Source of the DNA: Phallusia mammillata
Lineage: Eukaryota
Assembly (NCBI GenBank): GCA_965637545.1
Contig: OZ281500.1
Span: forward strand, 5,704,001 to 5,768,000
Reading direction: 5' to 3'
Length of the DNA: 64,000 nucleotides
Shown here: positions 1 to 11,668 of the stretch, in pieces
How the letters are laid out: every line of letters starts with the position of its first letter
How positions within the stretch are numbered: position 1 is the first letter of the stretch
Notes under the pieces: model-generated
Databases searched by the model: none
Told to the model about the DNA's origin: nothing
The model's input: only the letters and a program-made list of their open reading frames with translations
Position numbers and translations under genes: made by a program

Positions 1-84
1 AACCTTAAAGAAGTATAGATTTTGCGGGCAAGTACATCCTTGTTAAAACTGGTCCAAATTAATTTATTAATATAAGTAAGTATA

Positions 85-264
85 AAAAGTTGCATGTTGT
101 ACCTGACTGCTATTTTAGTTTAGAGCAACAACCTTTAGTACGCCTTGTAAAAGTTTTAAAATATCAAAAAGTACCGGAATACAAACTTCAATAACTTGGG
201 GGTGCAATGAAAAATAACTTCGCGTGCCTACTTTGGTACGCGTACCAGGGGTTTCCGACCAATA
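85..264 (-). mobile_element. Decayed hAT-Charlie-type MITE
   Basis: Minus strand reads tattggtcggaaacccctGGTACGCGTACCaaagtaggcacgcgaag...caggtacaacatgc, resembling the ends of the Charlie-type MITE at 27589-27898. TIR and TSD are eroded; boundaries are approximate. Confidence 0.4.
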
Positions 265-503
265 GTTTCTCGTATGCAAACGTAAAACAAAAATGTATAA
301 CCGTTATAGAAAACAGGAAACCTATAAATGCCGTCAACACTTTTGGTAACAATCAAATATGCTAACTTCTTAACAAGAATAGGAAACCACTTATGAATTA
401 CTTTTATTGCAATATTTTCAACATTTTTTGTCTGTCGATATTGTAAGTGAATTATCCTATCGATTGGATCTATGCCAGTTACGGTTAATAGATAAAAACG
501 TAC

Positions 504-3500
504 CCTGTGTTTGGGACTGAAACAGAGCCTCCAAGAGCTCCGATGTATTCGTTTGCGAAAGCCGCATCTGTGACGACGAGTTTCCCTTTTTGCGACCTGT
601 TTGAAAAGTTGTTGTTTCTGGTACACATGTAATTGTAGTTTCCAGACTGCGTGACCTTGCGTGGGCCAAGGTCAAAGTAAGTTCCTGCGTCGTTTAGTTC
701 GTCCATGTCTCCGCCGAGATGGTCTGGAAAAAAATAATAAGTTTCGTTTGACATCGTAGATCGTACACCGGATTCTTACAAAAGTGAAAACAGATCAATT
801 TGATTTTTAAGACCTCAGTGTAACAGCGAAAGCTACAAAATCAATTAACACAAATAAAATACAAGTCCTTTCCAAGCTGCAAATACGTATAAGTTTCATA
901 ACTATCAAAGGCCTTTATAATTTTATTATGTTGGTCCAAATTTTTTAAATCCAGATGTCAAATCTGTGTACCAACCTCTCAAAATACTAAGGGCCTTCAT
1001 ATCCTCAGCAATAAGACCTCCAAGAGAAGCATTTGTAAGATGGGAGGGATAACTTGATCCCAATTGGCCATAAGTGCCTGTCTTGTATGTGGATGGACTG
1101 CCCTCAGTGTACACCTTTAAAATAATGGAAAGTTAGAACGAGTTTAACAATGCTATGAAACGTTTCTGGGCAATGCTCCATTTTAAACTGTAAAAATCTA
1201 AAACGGTAGAAACACCATTCCAATAGTAGATCTTACATTTGTATGGAAATAATTGATAATGAAATTTAATGCTAATTTGTTTTTGCGTCAAAGTGTTACG
1301 AAATCGCTTGGTCACTGGAGGCAGTAAAGGGCCGAAGCAAACATAAGCTGGAGCCGTCAAAGTTGTGTTCGGTCAAGAGAAGGAAACAATGTGAATGAGT
1401 AAGGAACTATTCTCAAACATACAACAGTCATATAGTTTGTTCACTGCATTACAAAGCGTACCACGCAATATCTAATTTGGAATGCATAAAGTCCCTTAGT
1501 CATTGCACTCATTATTAGCTGTTAATCAACGCGGTTACGTCACGCAACGTTTCGTGAGCTAATAAGGTTGGAAAACGGTTCAATTGTGGCTTGGCGGAAG
1601 ACAGGAGTGTGTTTCACGCATTGTCCGATGGTTTAAGGTAAAACCAGTTCAATATGGTCATCTTTAGGCCAAATGAACTTTTTACATTGAGCTGTGGTGA
1701 AAAATGAGCCAAAAGCGGCATGTTTAGAACTTACTTATTGACCTGTAATTTTAGAAACATGACTACAGCATGCCAAATACAGGCATATTGAGTTTTGTAC
1801 TGCTGCAAAGTTGTATGTCAAACACCGCAATTTTAAGCAACAAATATGTTGCTGTGTTCAATACAAGAGAAGAAATCATTGACTACTTTTCCCTGACTTT
1901 AGTATTTAATAATAAAGATTACATTGGTGAGGTATGTAATCGGGATTTTACGAAAGCGCTTGTTTAAACGGCGTATCGTTTTCGCTTTATTTCCAAACTG
2001 GCAATTTATGCTGACTTTCATAAACAGGCGAACAAGAAAAAATATATTTTCTGCATTGAAATTTAAACTAATAGGCTCGGCTATTTTGAGGATGTTGGCG
2101 TTATAATTCTTGGTCGGTTTAAATCCAGGCTAACTGGTAACGCTTATAATTCACAACACGTAACAGAAAGACAAACACAACTTACAGCAGATTTGATCAT
2201 GACCACATTCGACCTGTCAGTGCTGGCTCTTCCCTGGCCGTCGTTGTTGCCAGGATTGTTGTCCGAGCCTGTCCACTGGTAATGGACATAACCGTCCTTT
2301 TGCACTACTGCAGTGTTGGGAACAAAATCGTATTCCACAGCAGGGTAAACCTAAAACATACCAAGTTATTAATTTAAATAGGTAACCTATAATATTTAAA
2401 GCTGGACAGTTGGGTATTATAACGATTTATGTCAGAATATGACAAAGTACGTTTTTTTGTTTTTTAGTAGCGATAAAGACTAATATAGAGGTTCCCAGCC
2501 GGGAGGGATGAATTTCTCCAAGGGAGGAATTTTAAAACTTGAGGGAAGGAATTTTTACAAGTGATTTAAAAAAGAAATTTAAGCTCTGGGAATATTACCT
2601 GTGAAGTTGATAAAAAACCTCATTTTTAATGATTTTGTATGGTTTAGCACCTACTATGTAGTCATATTGGGAGGAATTAAAATGTTTGGAATTGTTAAGA
2701 GAGGAAGTCGTCAACAAAGTTTGGACACCATTGGACTTATACAACCTTAAATAGTTTATTGGTATTTGGTTTTCCAAAAAAGTCCATTGTTTTTGACATA
2801 TACCGTAACGAGAGTGCACTTGCTGCAAAATTACAGGATTTCAATGAAATTTACCTGAACAATGTTTCCACGTTTACCACGCACGTTGACATTGACTATC
2901 TGAGCGTCAGATGAGATGCTTGGTGGACGAGGTCGAATAGCGAAGGTATGGCTCCTATTAGCATAATATAAAATGCATTTGATTGGCCAGAATAATCATG
3001 TGGTCATTTTTTAGCTATGTTAAGAATACCGGCTTTATATTGCATTGCGTTTCTTAACCCCTACAGACTATACTGTTTTTTAGACTCAATGCAAGTATAG
3101 CGGGTATACTTTTTTGTGTCAATACATTTATGCTTGTATACCTGTCTTGGAACGTTCGGCCATATTGCTCTGTGGTAATAGCAAGTTGAAGTTTAAACTT
3201 CTCATTGTTAAAGATGTCCACTTGTGGGTTATCCTTTAATTTGTAGCCACGGTTGAGGCCTACATCCGATGTTAAACCTAAAAAACACATACCAATATTA
3301 CTTAGATAAATGATGTTGGTTACGTTTTGATGGGAATCACAAAATGTGCAAATGAGTTTAAAAAGACCTTTACGTAAAGTTGAACATTTTTTGAAGTAAC
3401 ACAATTGGAGGCTTTTTCAACAATTTTTCGTTTATATTTTAATGCCTGAAATTTTGTTGTAGAAATGTAAAAGCATATGAGCCAATAAATGATAAGCTGC

Positions 3501-6500
3501 AGACAGTGCACACTGTTTCGACGTATAAGGTCTCATCAGTGCAGCTGGTGACGAGAAATCGGCCGCATTGGCTAGTGTAGCCATCAGTGTAGCCATCAAA
3601 ACGTTTGATGGCTACACTAGCCAATGCGGCCGATTTCTCGTCACCAGCTGCACTGATGAGACCTTATAGGTCGAAACAGTGTGCACTGTCTGCAGCTTGT
3701 TGTAGAAACATTTCAAAATTGAGCCAAGTCTTTGAAATGATTCACGTATGCGCTGATGAAGCAAATCGTGTCATGTTTCTTTGAACCTTCTTACCAAATT
3801 GCGTCCATAGGTCAGGACCAGGTCCATCCCTGGCACGTCTGTTGTTGTGGATGGATGTTGTGTTGTCACGGTCGTAATCTCCAGTAGTTATGTTGTATCT
3901 TAAACATACATGTAACATTAAGGTTTTGTCAAACCTTAACTAATTCCAACTAATTCCATTAAACGCATAAAATAAAAGGTAACTTGTGCATCGTAAAACA
4001 TATTTTAGTTAAAATGTTTTCAGAAACGTTGTTGTTATTACTATTTTTTATGTGTTTAATTCAGCCATTTTTTAAGTTGTGTAGATAAATATAAACTTAA
4101 AGTTATGTTGAAATAATGCAATTTGTACTTTTTGTGACTATACCACATAGCAAACAAAAAACAAAACTTTTCTCAAACATTTTTGTACCTAATTCTCAGG
4201 GTACAGTGTTCGTTGACCGAATCAGGAATTGTCCAATTGTAGTTTATAGTCTGTCCGCCCACTGTGTTACCAAGGTGATTATCACGCGAGTATTGCGATT
4301 CAACGCAATTAGGAGCGGCAATCCCATGAGCGGGGTACCTGGTCCACTCACCGAGTTTCTATAAGATAAGCAGACTGAATTAAAAAAAAAAATTTCGGCT
4401 TTTTTTGCCTTTGACCTTTGATTTTTAAACAACAAGTCTAATAATAGACGTTGGTGTTCCTCTTACTGCAAGATTGGGAACGTTTAAGGAGGCATTGATT
4501 TCGTACAAATGCAATTCAGACTTATTCTAAAACAAAACTGCCAGAAAACTTGGAAGTAGTGCAAATGTTTGTAACATTCGTTGTTGTTATTTGCAAATTC
4601 AACATGCTTGTAAGATGTGGACAGGTAGGCTATATCACAATCACATGCAAGTTCTCTATCAGTGACGTTATGAATAAAATATTTTTAAAGTGGTGGCTAG
4701 CGTATTGGAGTTAAAGTGGCACAAAAACTATATACAGTTTGATGAGTCATGCTTATATGCTTAGATATGGGTCAAATCTGTTGACAGTATGTTTAAAAAA
4801 GCATGATTTATAACTCTGTTGCCTCAAATAAACATGTCGTTCCATGACATATAAAGAGTATTAGTGGCATTCTTTGGTGTTTACTTCCATTTTTGGGCAT
4901 AACAAACTAAGGTTGTTAAATATTTGCTTTTGCGTGCATTGTAAACGACCTACATGCGTTTACCCGCAAAAACGCATTAGGTCAACAACATTGTGTTTGC
5001 TATGATCCATCTGTGTATTTAAAACTTTTATTGAAGGATAACGCTTACGTTTAAACATTGACCACTGACGAACGGTTCGTCACACACTATTTTTGGAACT
5101 GTACCGAAAAAAGGGATATTATTTGCTAAACTAAAAACTAAACATAACTTAACTCAATTGTCTTGAAACGTTGTTACCACTTATTGCTTTTTTCATTTTT
5201 GAATTTTTTTTGTACGTATCTTAATCTCAAAAAACATAAGTGTAGATAAACTTTTACACAAATTAAGAACATAAGTTATGTTTTTGTACTTACCGATTCC
5301 CCGTTTACTTCATAAACGAACGTATTGCATTCAGCCTCAGTAATTGGAATGTACTTGTTGTCTGGAGGGTTTTTGTTGGAATACTGGAAAACAAAGCTTA
5401 AGGGAAAATTGTTGGCCCAACATTTATACTCCGCAACAAAAAATCGTTAGTAATGGTGCATAATCACCCAAAAATAATGACAAGAGGTATGTCATACAGT
5501 TTGCTGGTGTAAGAAAAAGCTTATATTTCAAGTTTGAAATTGTGCCATGGTGATTTTCAGGCTTGAGTGGTTTATCAGATAGCGACCAGTCTTCAACCAA
5601 CATTCAAAGTTTTGACAAGCGTCTTGCTTTATGTACATATCACTCAACAGGCTGATCAATGATTAGCTTATCAAGGAACGCGAATAATGGAAAATTGTGT
5701 TCTAAATTGAATTAGGTTTCAAGAACAATAAGCTTGAGCTTGTGAAACAAATATATGACATAGCATACCTGGTATAGAAAGGCTGGGTCAACTTTGCAGG
5801 CATAGCGTTCCTTGACGTTCTGACTTTCATTTTGATACATTGCACATCTCGACACATCGTTTGTCAAAATTGCAATATCCTAAACACACAAAGAATATGG
5901 TTGTGAAATAAACATGCAGTCCTAGTTCCCATGAGGTTAAACAAAGCATAAATGCGCAAGCATTATACCTAACTTACCTTTTCAAATACTTAATTTAGTA
6001 AGGTGTAATTTTTGTAACTCTGTCCTGCATTAGCTTAACAACTTGAAGCTATAAAAAGTGTTGGAATTTAAAAAGGTGGCATTTTTCCTATTGTGACAAT
6101 GCTTTAAATGACACAGCGGACAAGTTTTTGCGTGACATTAAATGCACAACGTTTTGCTCCAGTTGGGATGTCGTGACATCGATAATGTCACCGATTGTTG
6201 TGAAAATAACAGGTGTGAATTTTAGTTTCTATATTAGTGCACACAACGTAGACGTGTTTGGTACACCTATATTTTTCGAATCGGAAATGTCAACATGCGT
6301 TGGTTCCCATGACAAGGTGTCGAACCTTTTACCAAAATTCCACCACTTGCAACGTAAAACCGTTTGGTTGCGTGTGACTTTGAATAATCATGTCAGGATT
6401 TTAGATTCCTTTGAAATTACTTTTGCATTTCATATAACATTGGATTTTAAACTATTTGGTGGGAAATTGAAATTAGCTAGTGGTTGACAGTACAGCACGC

Positions 6501-9500
6501 ATTTAACCGAAAGTCGCCAAAAGAGACAAAACGCTTTCTACTGGACCCAAGAAACCGCGTTAGAGTCATGTATTTCCACAAAATCAAACAACAACCAATC
6601 AATAAACATGTTGCGCATTATTTGGCGCTGTTTGGGGCGGGTCATTAGGTCATATAATGCATTTATATATTGGTTGCACGGTATATCATTAATCAAAACA
6701 CCTCAAGTAACCTCATATGATTCATGCTGTATTCCTACATATCACAGGACAGTACAATTCGCAACAAATCAAATATACAAAGGTCATTGGGTCACAGGAG
6801 ACTAAGATCCTATTACGCATGTATTACTTGCGACATAAAGACAGGCGTATGTTCCTACGTGCTTGTGACGTCAACCTGTGAGTCTCACAAAGACAAAGCT
6901 ATACGCGGAAGAATACCTCTGTATTTTGTGAACTTCAGGAAATGACGCGGAATTAATTTTATTGCCCACGGTTTGTATCTTTATTTGGAAGCATAGCGTC
7001 TAATGCAGTGGTTCTTAACCGGTGGGAAATTTCAATGTTTTCAGGGGGAAATTATGTAAGTCGGTCGGGCCCGAGGGTCGAATCCGGCTTTAAATTAACC
7101 GTTGAAAGTTACTAAAATTTTTCCACAACAACATGTAAGATTAACTTCACCAAGGTTTACAAGACACATACAAATCCAAAGGCCGTTTGTTACATCACAG
7201 ACAAGACTAAAAGTATCAATGACTTTTCTATTTTGCTAATAAAAGCCTTTCCTTGGTTAATTGTGATGCAATAAATGACTAATGCACGCAGAGGAGACTA
7301 GCCTACTCAATATTCCAAAAAGTTTAATCTCTCACAGAAGCACTATTTAAACTAAATAAGATTGCAGTATACCTGTAAGGTCAAGACCAAATCGCTTCAC
7401 GAGATTATTTCATTTAAAGATTAATTATTTTTTGTTAACGTAGGGCACAAAACATCATTATAAAAATAACCAATGGGAAATTTGAGGTTGGTGGTTGACT
7501 TTAGTGGGAAACCACACCGAAAAGGTTAAGAACCACTGGTCTAATGGGTAAAAGGGCATTTTTAAAATTTTCTGGCAAAAGCTTGAGGATAATGGAAAAT
7601 TTATATTTGGTTATTTAAATATGAAACAAAAACGCTGTTTGGTTGCCTAATGTATGATAGTATGATTCTCACACATGTCAATGAGTTAACACCAACGTTT
7701 CGTATATGCTGTGTGATCGTGCTATAGTGCATACTGTGCATATAAAATGAAATTCAACCAAAAACTAAAAAATATAGGCTCTCACAGGTCCGTTTAACCT
7801 AATAAATTTAAAGTGGGTGCGAAGATTCTTTTTATTTGGCAAATTGGTCAAAATAGCTGCTGAATTGGCTAGGTTTGTTCTTTTAATGTATGTTTTTACA
7901 AGTGGTGGAAAACAAAACGTCTTATTCATTCTAGCAGTTAAATAAGATCAGGTTTAGTTGTTTAGTTTTAGTTGTATACGCTACTAAGTAATTAACAGAC
8001 ATTTGTGTTCAAAATGACGTAATCACAACCGCCAAACTTATAGATTACTTAAAAATATTGACCAATCACAGTTGGCCATTTGGTGTCAGTTTCCTAGTCA
8101 CGTATTGTGGCGTAATTTTGACCAATACAACTGTAAGTGTCGCTGAATCTTTGCGACAAGACATTAAAATCGAATTTCTCATTTCACGATGATTGCTTTT
8201 ATTTCCTGCTGTTTTACTTCTGAGAAAAAAACTCTTGCATATGCGTTTATACAATCACCATTTTATGTCAAGATTTTTTTACTGCGAAGTGCAAGGTTAA
8301 ATCAAATTCCTGATGTGTTGTTTAGGATGTTATGAGCCCGAATTGTAATCTAACTTTCCGGAGGTGCTAAAAATTAATCTAACTTTCCGGAGGTGCTAAA
8401 AATTGAGTTAAAATAAAAACCTTTTATTAGCTTTTGTGTTTGAATGTATTTTCTTATCCTATTTTGTTATTATAACGTCGTCTCCATGCGCACATTCAGT
8501 AATTTGAAGTTTGAACTTACCTTCCACGGGGAAGGATGCCAGTTAGGGTAGTAATCTCTCTCTTCGGCACATTCGTAGCCATAACGGTTCGCTTTTTGAT
8601 TCTGACGGGTGCTGCTTGCGTATTCTCGGACGTTCTAAAATAAATTCGGTTGGCACAAGTTTGATTTACAACACAAACATAATTTTGCAGTTTAGTGCAG
8701 CAATTTGTTTAAAATGGGTTCAACTGCTTAAAGGTACTCGAAGCACCGATTTTTGGTGGTAAAACACTATTTCACAGCCATTTTACGACTCGGACGAAAC
8801 TTAATTCTGTTTGATGAGTTAATTGTCCATCAAAAATAAACGTTTCACCTAGAGAACTATTGCATTAAAGTACACATTAAACCAGTGGTTCCCAAACTGA
8901 GGACCATGGCCAAGTATTAGGCCACCAAGACATTTTCAATGGGTCAAAGAGCTATTGGAACAGATTCTACTGTTTTGTTATATTCTCCACGTTTATTAAA
9001 AAACATAATATTTCCAAAACATTAATTGAAAAAAAATACTGTTTTTGAGGTAAATTGTTTGTGCCCAAATTTACAGCACGTGGTGAGCCACGAATCGCTA
9101 ATAAATAGATATTTGGGCCACAGACCAAAACAGTTTAGGAACCCCTGCATTAAACAGTGGTATGTAATAAGTTAAAAATAACGACTTAAAGAAATTTATT
9201 ACAATTTTTAGCTGCAACGAATTACCTCGGAAGCAGTGTAAAGCCCACCATTCCGTTTCCTTAGTCTGCAGTTTTGGTAATGGTAGAAATCCTCATGCAT
9301 TCCATAACGCCTATCTTCGTTGCAGTCTAAGTTCTCACATTGTGCGGGATTGGATGGGATGGTGGATGTGCTTGTTCCGTCTCGCACCTGTGGGCCACAC
9401 ATATACTGTAGTACGATGTCACAGTGGTTGTTTTCGTTGTAGCAAGAGTGCTGATTTGTCCTGCGGAAAATGGATACAGTTGGAAAACTTGTTTAAGGGA

Positions 9501-10521
9501 AAAAATATTGAGGGCCCAAGCTATTTAGAAATTCGTAACATTCAGTTCATTCCATGTACAGTAAACCGGTTTTAGTCAATCCGGATCTTCGCCTAATGCG
9601 GACAAAACTTGAGGTACAAATGATTTGAAATGTAGTAACTAATCGACATCGGTTAATTCGAATCTTTAACTGATCCGGACATTTTTTTGATCAAAACGGG
9701 TCCAGATTAACCGAGGTTTACTTATATTGAATCAGTGGCAAAATATTAGTTCTAAAACAGGCGACAGATTACGATAAATTCTGTGCTAAAGCGTTCTTTA
9801 CATTAAATCTAGGCGCGAATTAAACAAACACCCCTTTAACGACTTTTAGGCTTACGCCGATTAGTAGTGTTGACGTTTTGTCATGTAATGTTAAAGTTAT
9901 TATCAATTCACCAATTTAAAGGTAATGAGATCTAATGCAATGAGCACATAACGAAGTTGACATTTCAAAAGCTTACCATTCTAATTGCAGTTTTGAACCA
10001 ACGTAGTAGTACAAACTTCCCACGTTGTAACCACCTCTTGCATTGTTCTGTGAGTCAAACATACGGTTTGCGTTGTTGCGATTGCGTCCGTTCTCATTCC
10101 AGCGGTTATTTGAACCCCTGCAAATGACGTTATATTGAGATTATGTCGTGAATTGCTTTTTGACTCAACTTACATTAAATGTGTAAATAATTTGTGCATA
10201 TTTGTGATCATGCTTTTATTTCTAACACAAAACGATTTGTTTTTGAACGTTTCAAAACTTAAGGCTTGTAATAACAAACAACCTTTTCCGGGTTACACCA
10301 GCAGTTTTCAGCGGATGAACGTGAAGCCTGACATATCACACAGCAGTAGGTTTCATATAGACCTTACTACAGGGCTTCAATCAGTCTTCGTAATTAGCAA
10401 CAACAACGTAGAGTGAGCTGTTCTTTACGAGCTCTTACCTTAGGTTATGTAAGTAGACGTCAGCAAAGGCACATTTTAACAGCAATGTGGAGAAAATCAT
10501 CAAACACTCAAGTTTCTTCAT
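504..10521 (-). CDS. DD3-3: Protein DD3-3-like, paralog A (signal peptide, C-terminally extended form); 3' end runs off the left edge of the window
   Basis: Phase-consistent GT-AG exons: 10521-10439, 10117-9977, 9460-9226, 8634-8521, 5879-5769, 5383-5294, 4358-4189, 3898-3795, 3277-3142, 2954-2855, 2350-2186, 1114-976, 723-504 (1808 nt, 602 codons + 2 nt). Translation starts [33 protein letters not shown] and has DD3-3 family motifs [100 protein letters not shown]. The last visible exon ends in a phase-2 donor (GG|gtacgt). Confidence 0.93.
2486..2733. mobile_element. hAT-type MITE (degenerate), DD3-3 A intron 10
   Basis: Ends tagaggttcccagcc / agtttggacaccattg; flanking 8-mers gactaata (2478-2485) and gacttata (2734-2741) match 7/8. 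Confidence 0.6.
3466..3696. mobile_element. Hammerhead-bearing foldback insertion (Penelope-like/retrozyme remnant) in DD3-3 A intron 8
   Basis: Inverted repeat 3494-3600/3604-3698: 95-bp arms, 3-nt loop, one mismatch, and a 12-nt tandem duplication (gtgtagccatca at 3575-3598) in the left arm. Bracketed by the direct repeat ttgttgtagaaa at 3454-3465 and 3697-3708 (candidate TSD). The family assignment is inferred. Confidence 0.7.
3495..3546 (-). ncRNA. Type I hammerhead ribozyme (minus-strand copy, same sense as the DD3-3 A pre-mRNA)
   Basis: Reverse complement of 3495-3546 reads AGCTGCA CTGATGA GAC-CTTATAC-GTC GAA ACAGT-GTGC-ACTGT C TGCAGCT. It is identical to the plus copy except one substitution at 3523 that shortens stem II to 3 bp. 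Predicted cut between 3502 and 3501. Confidence 0.85.
3646..3697 (+). ncRNA. Type I hammerhead ribozyme (plus-strand copy)
   Basis: AGCTGCA (stem I, 3646-3652), CTGATGA core (3653-3659), GACC-TTATA-GGTC (stem II), GAA, ACAGT-GTGC-ACTGT (stem III), C17 at 3690 giving a GUC triplet, then TGCAGCT (stem I partner, 3691-3697). All conserved core nucleotides and all three helices are intact; predicted cut at 3690/3691. Confidence 0.9.
7006..7538. mobile_element. hAT-Charlie-type MITE, 533 bp, DD3-3 A intron 4
   Basis: Perfect 15-bp TIR cagtggttcttaacc / ggttaagaaccactg and perfect 8-bp TSD gtctaatg (6998-7005, 7539-7546). Confidence 0.92.
8346..8403. repeat. 29-bp perfect tandem duplication
   Basis: taatctaactttccggaggtgctaaaaat x2. 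Confidence 0.95.
8883..9147. mobile_element. hAT-Charlie-type MITE, 265 bp, DD3-3 A intron 3
   Basis: TIR cagtggttcccaaactg / cagtttaggaacccctg (2 mismatches) and perfect 8-bp TSD cattaaac (8875-8882, 9148-9155). Confidence 0.9.
9559..9722. mobile_element. Tc1/mariner-Tigger(pogo)-type MITE, DD3-3 A intron 2
   Basis: ta|cagtaaaccggttttagtc ... gattaaccgaggtttact|ta: imperfect TIRs flanked by TA dinucleotides. Confidence 0.6.
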
Positions 10522-11668
10522 TGCTATACTTTGTGTATGTTATGTGTCTGAGTAGTAAAACAGAACTAGGTTATGAAGGGTTTAAATTAGGTTAAGTGCG
10601 TTTGTCTAAACAGTTTTCTGTCAAATGTCTGTGCTTCTTGTTCTGACTGATGTACCTGAAAGACTGGTAAAACGCTACACTACACAGCGCACCTTAACTA
10701 GCTGTGGTGTGGATGCTATTAGGCTTTCAATTTCGCTTGAAAACTAACAACCTGGAGACAGATAACAAGCTTTTCACTATGCTGTATCCAGCTCGTTTGC
10801 GAGCTTCCTCAACCTTGCCTGATAGTCGCAAGACAAATCAAATGACGTACCCCAACACAGCGCTTCCATCTGCGTCACGCAGTCATGTGAACACCAACGA
10901 CTGTAGCCAACAATAGGATGGATGAATAAGCACGCGAGGTGATTTCGTTTCAGAACTAGTTTTTGCTTGAGGCAACGCGTCGATCTGTCCTGAGTTCGAG
11001 GCCTAATCATCAGGCCATTTCAGCTGTGCTGTGCTAGTTAATGATGCTATTTCAAAACAGATCATTTATTTAGAGGCTAGCAGAAGCAATTGGTGTTTTT
11101 AAGTTTTCATTTTACTGAGCTGGCTTTCTGATTTCCGGAAATAATGCAAGCTATGTTCGCAATAACGTCATAACATACTGACAGCTATCAATAATGTATG
11201 GAACTGAAGGCTAGTGTAGTTCTTTAGGCGCTTTTTGAGAGCAGTCGTACACACTATAGGCTTTACTATACTGTATTGTCTTGGTAATATCAATGTTTAC
11301 CTTGCCTGAATGTACACAAGAATTTGATATCGGGGTTTTGTGTGCGAACGTTCAGTCAGTACACGTTTGTTGGTAAATCCTGTTTAGAAGTTATTTGGCT
11401 GTTAAGCAGAGAAAGGTGTACGAGATTGGTTGAATTACATTACGAAAGTTAACAAAAAATTACTGGTACTGTGAAGTAAGGAACCTGTCTTTTAAGTTGT
11501 ATTGGGTGGCTGACAAGGTGACCTTAGGGTCTTTCGCCACCCTGCCGCTTAACCAGCGCAAAATAAAATTACTTACTTACTATTGAACTCAATGTATTTG
11601 GCAGGTAACAAATCGACAACTATTTAATACTGGTACAAACTGTTGTCAACCAACGAATCAATTTTGAG
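10522..11668. promoter_or_regulatory. Divergent (probably bidirectional) promoter region shared by the two DD3-3 paralogs
   Basis: 1147 bp separate the two divergent ATGs; a perfect 12-bp palindrome atttccggaaat (11131-11142) lies near the midpoint. Confidence 0.6.

Noticed and set aside
228-626. 132-aa minus-strand ORF
   Set aside because: Out-of-frame read-through of DD3-3 A exon 13 into an intron and a decayed MITE; no domain.
6128-6487. 119-aa plus-strand ORF in DD3-3 A intron 4
   Set aside because: TTG start, no recognisable motif, no supporting splice structure.
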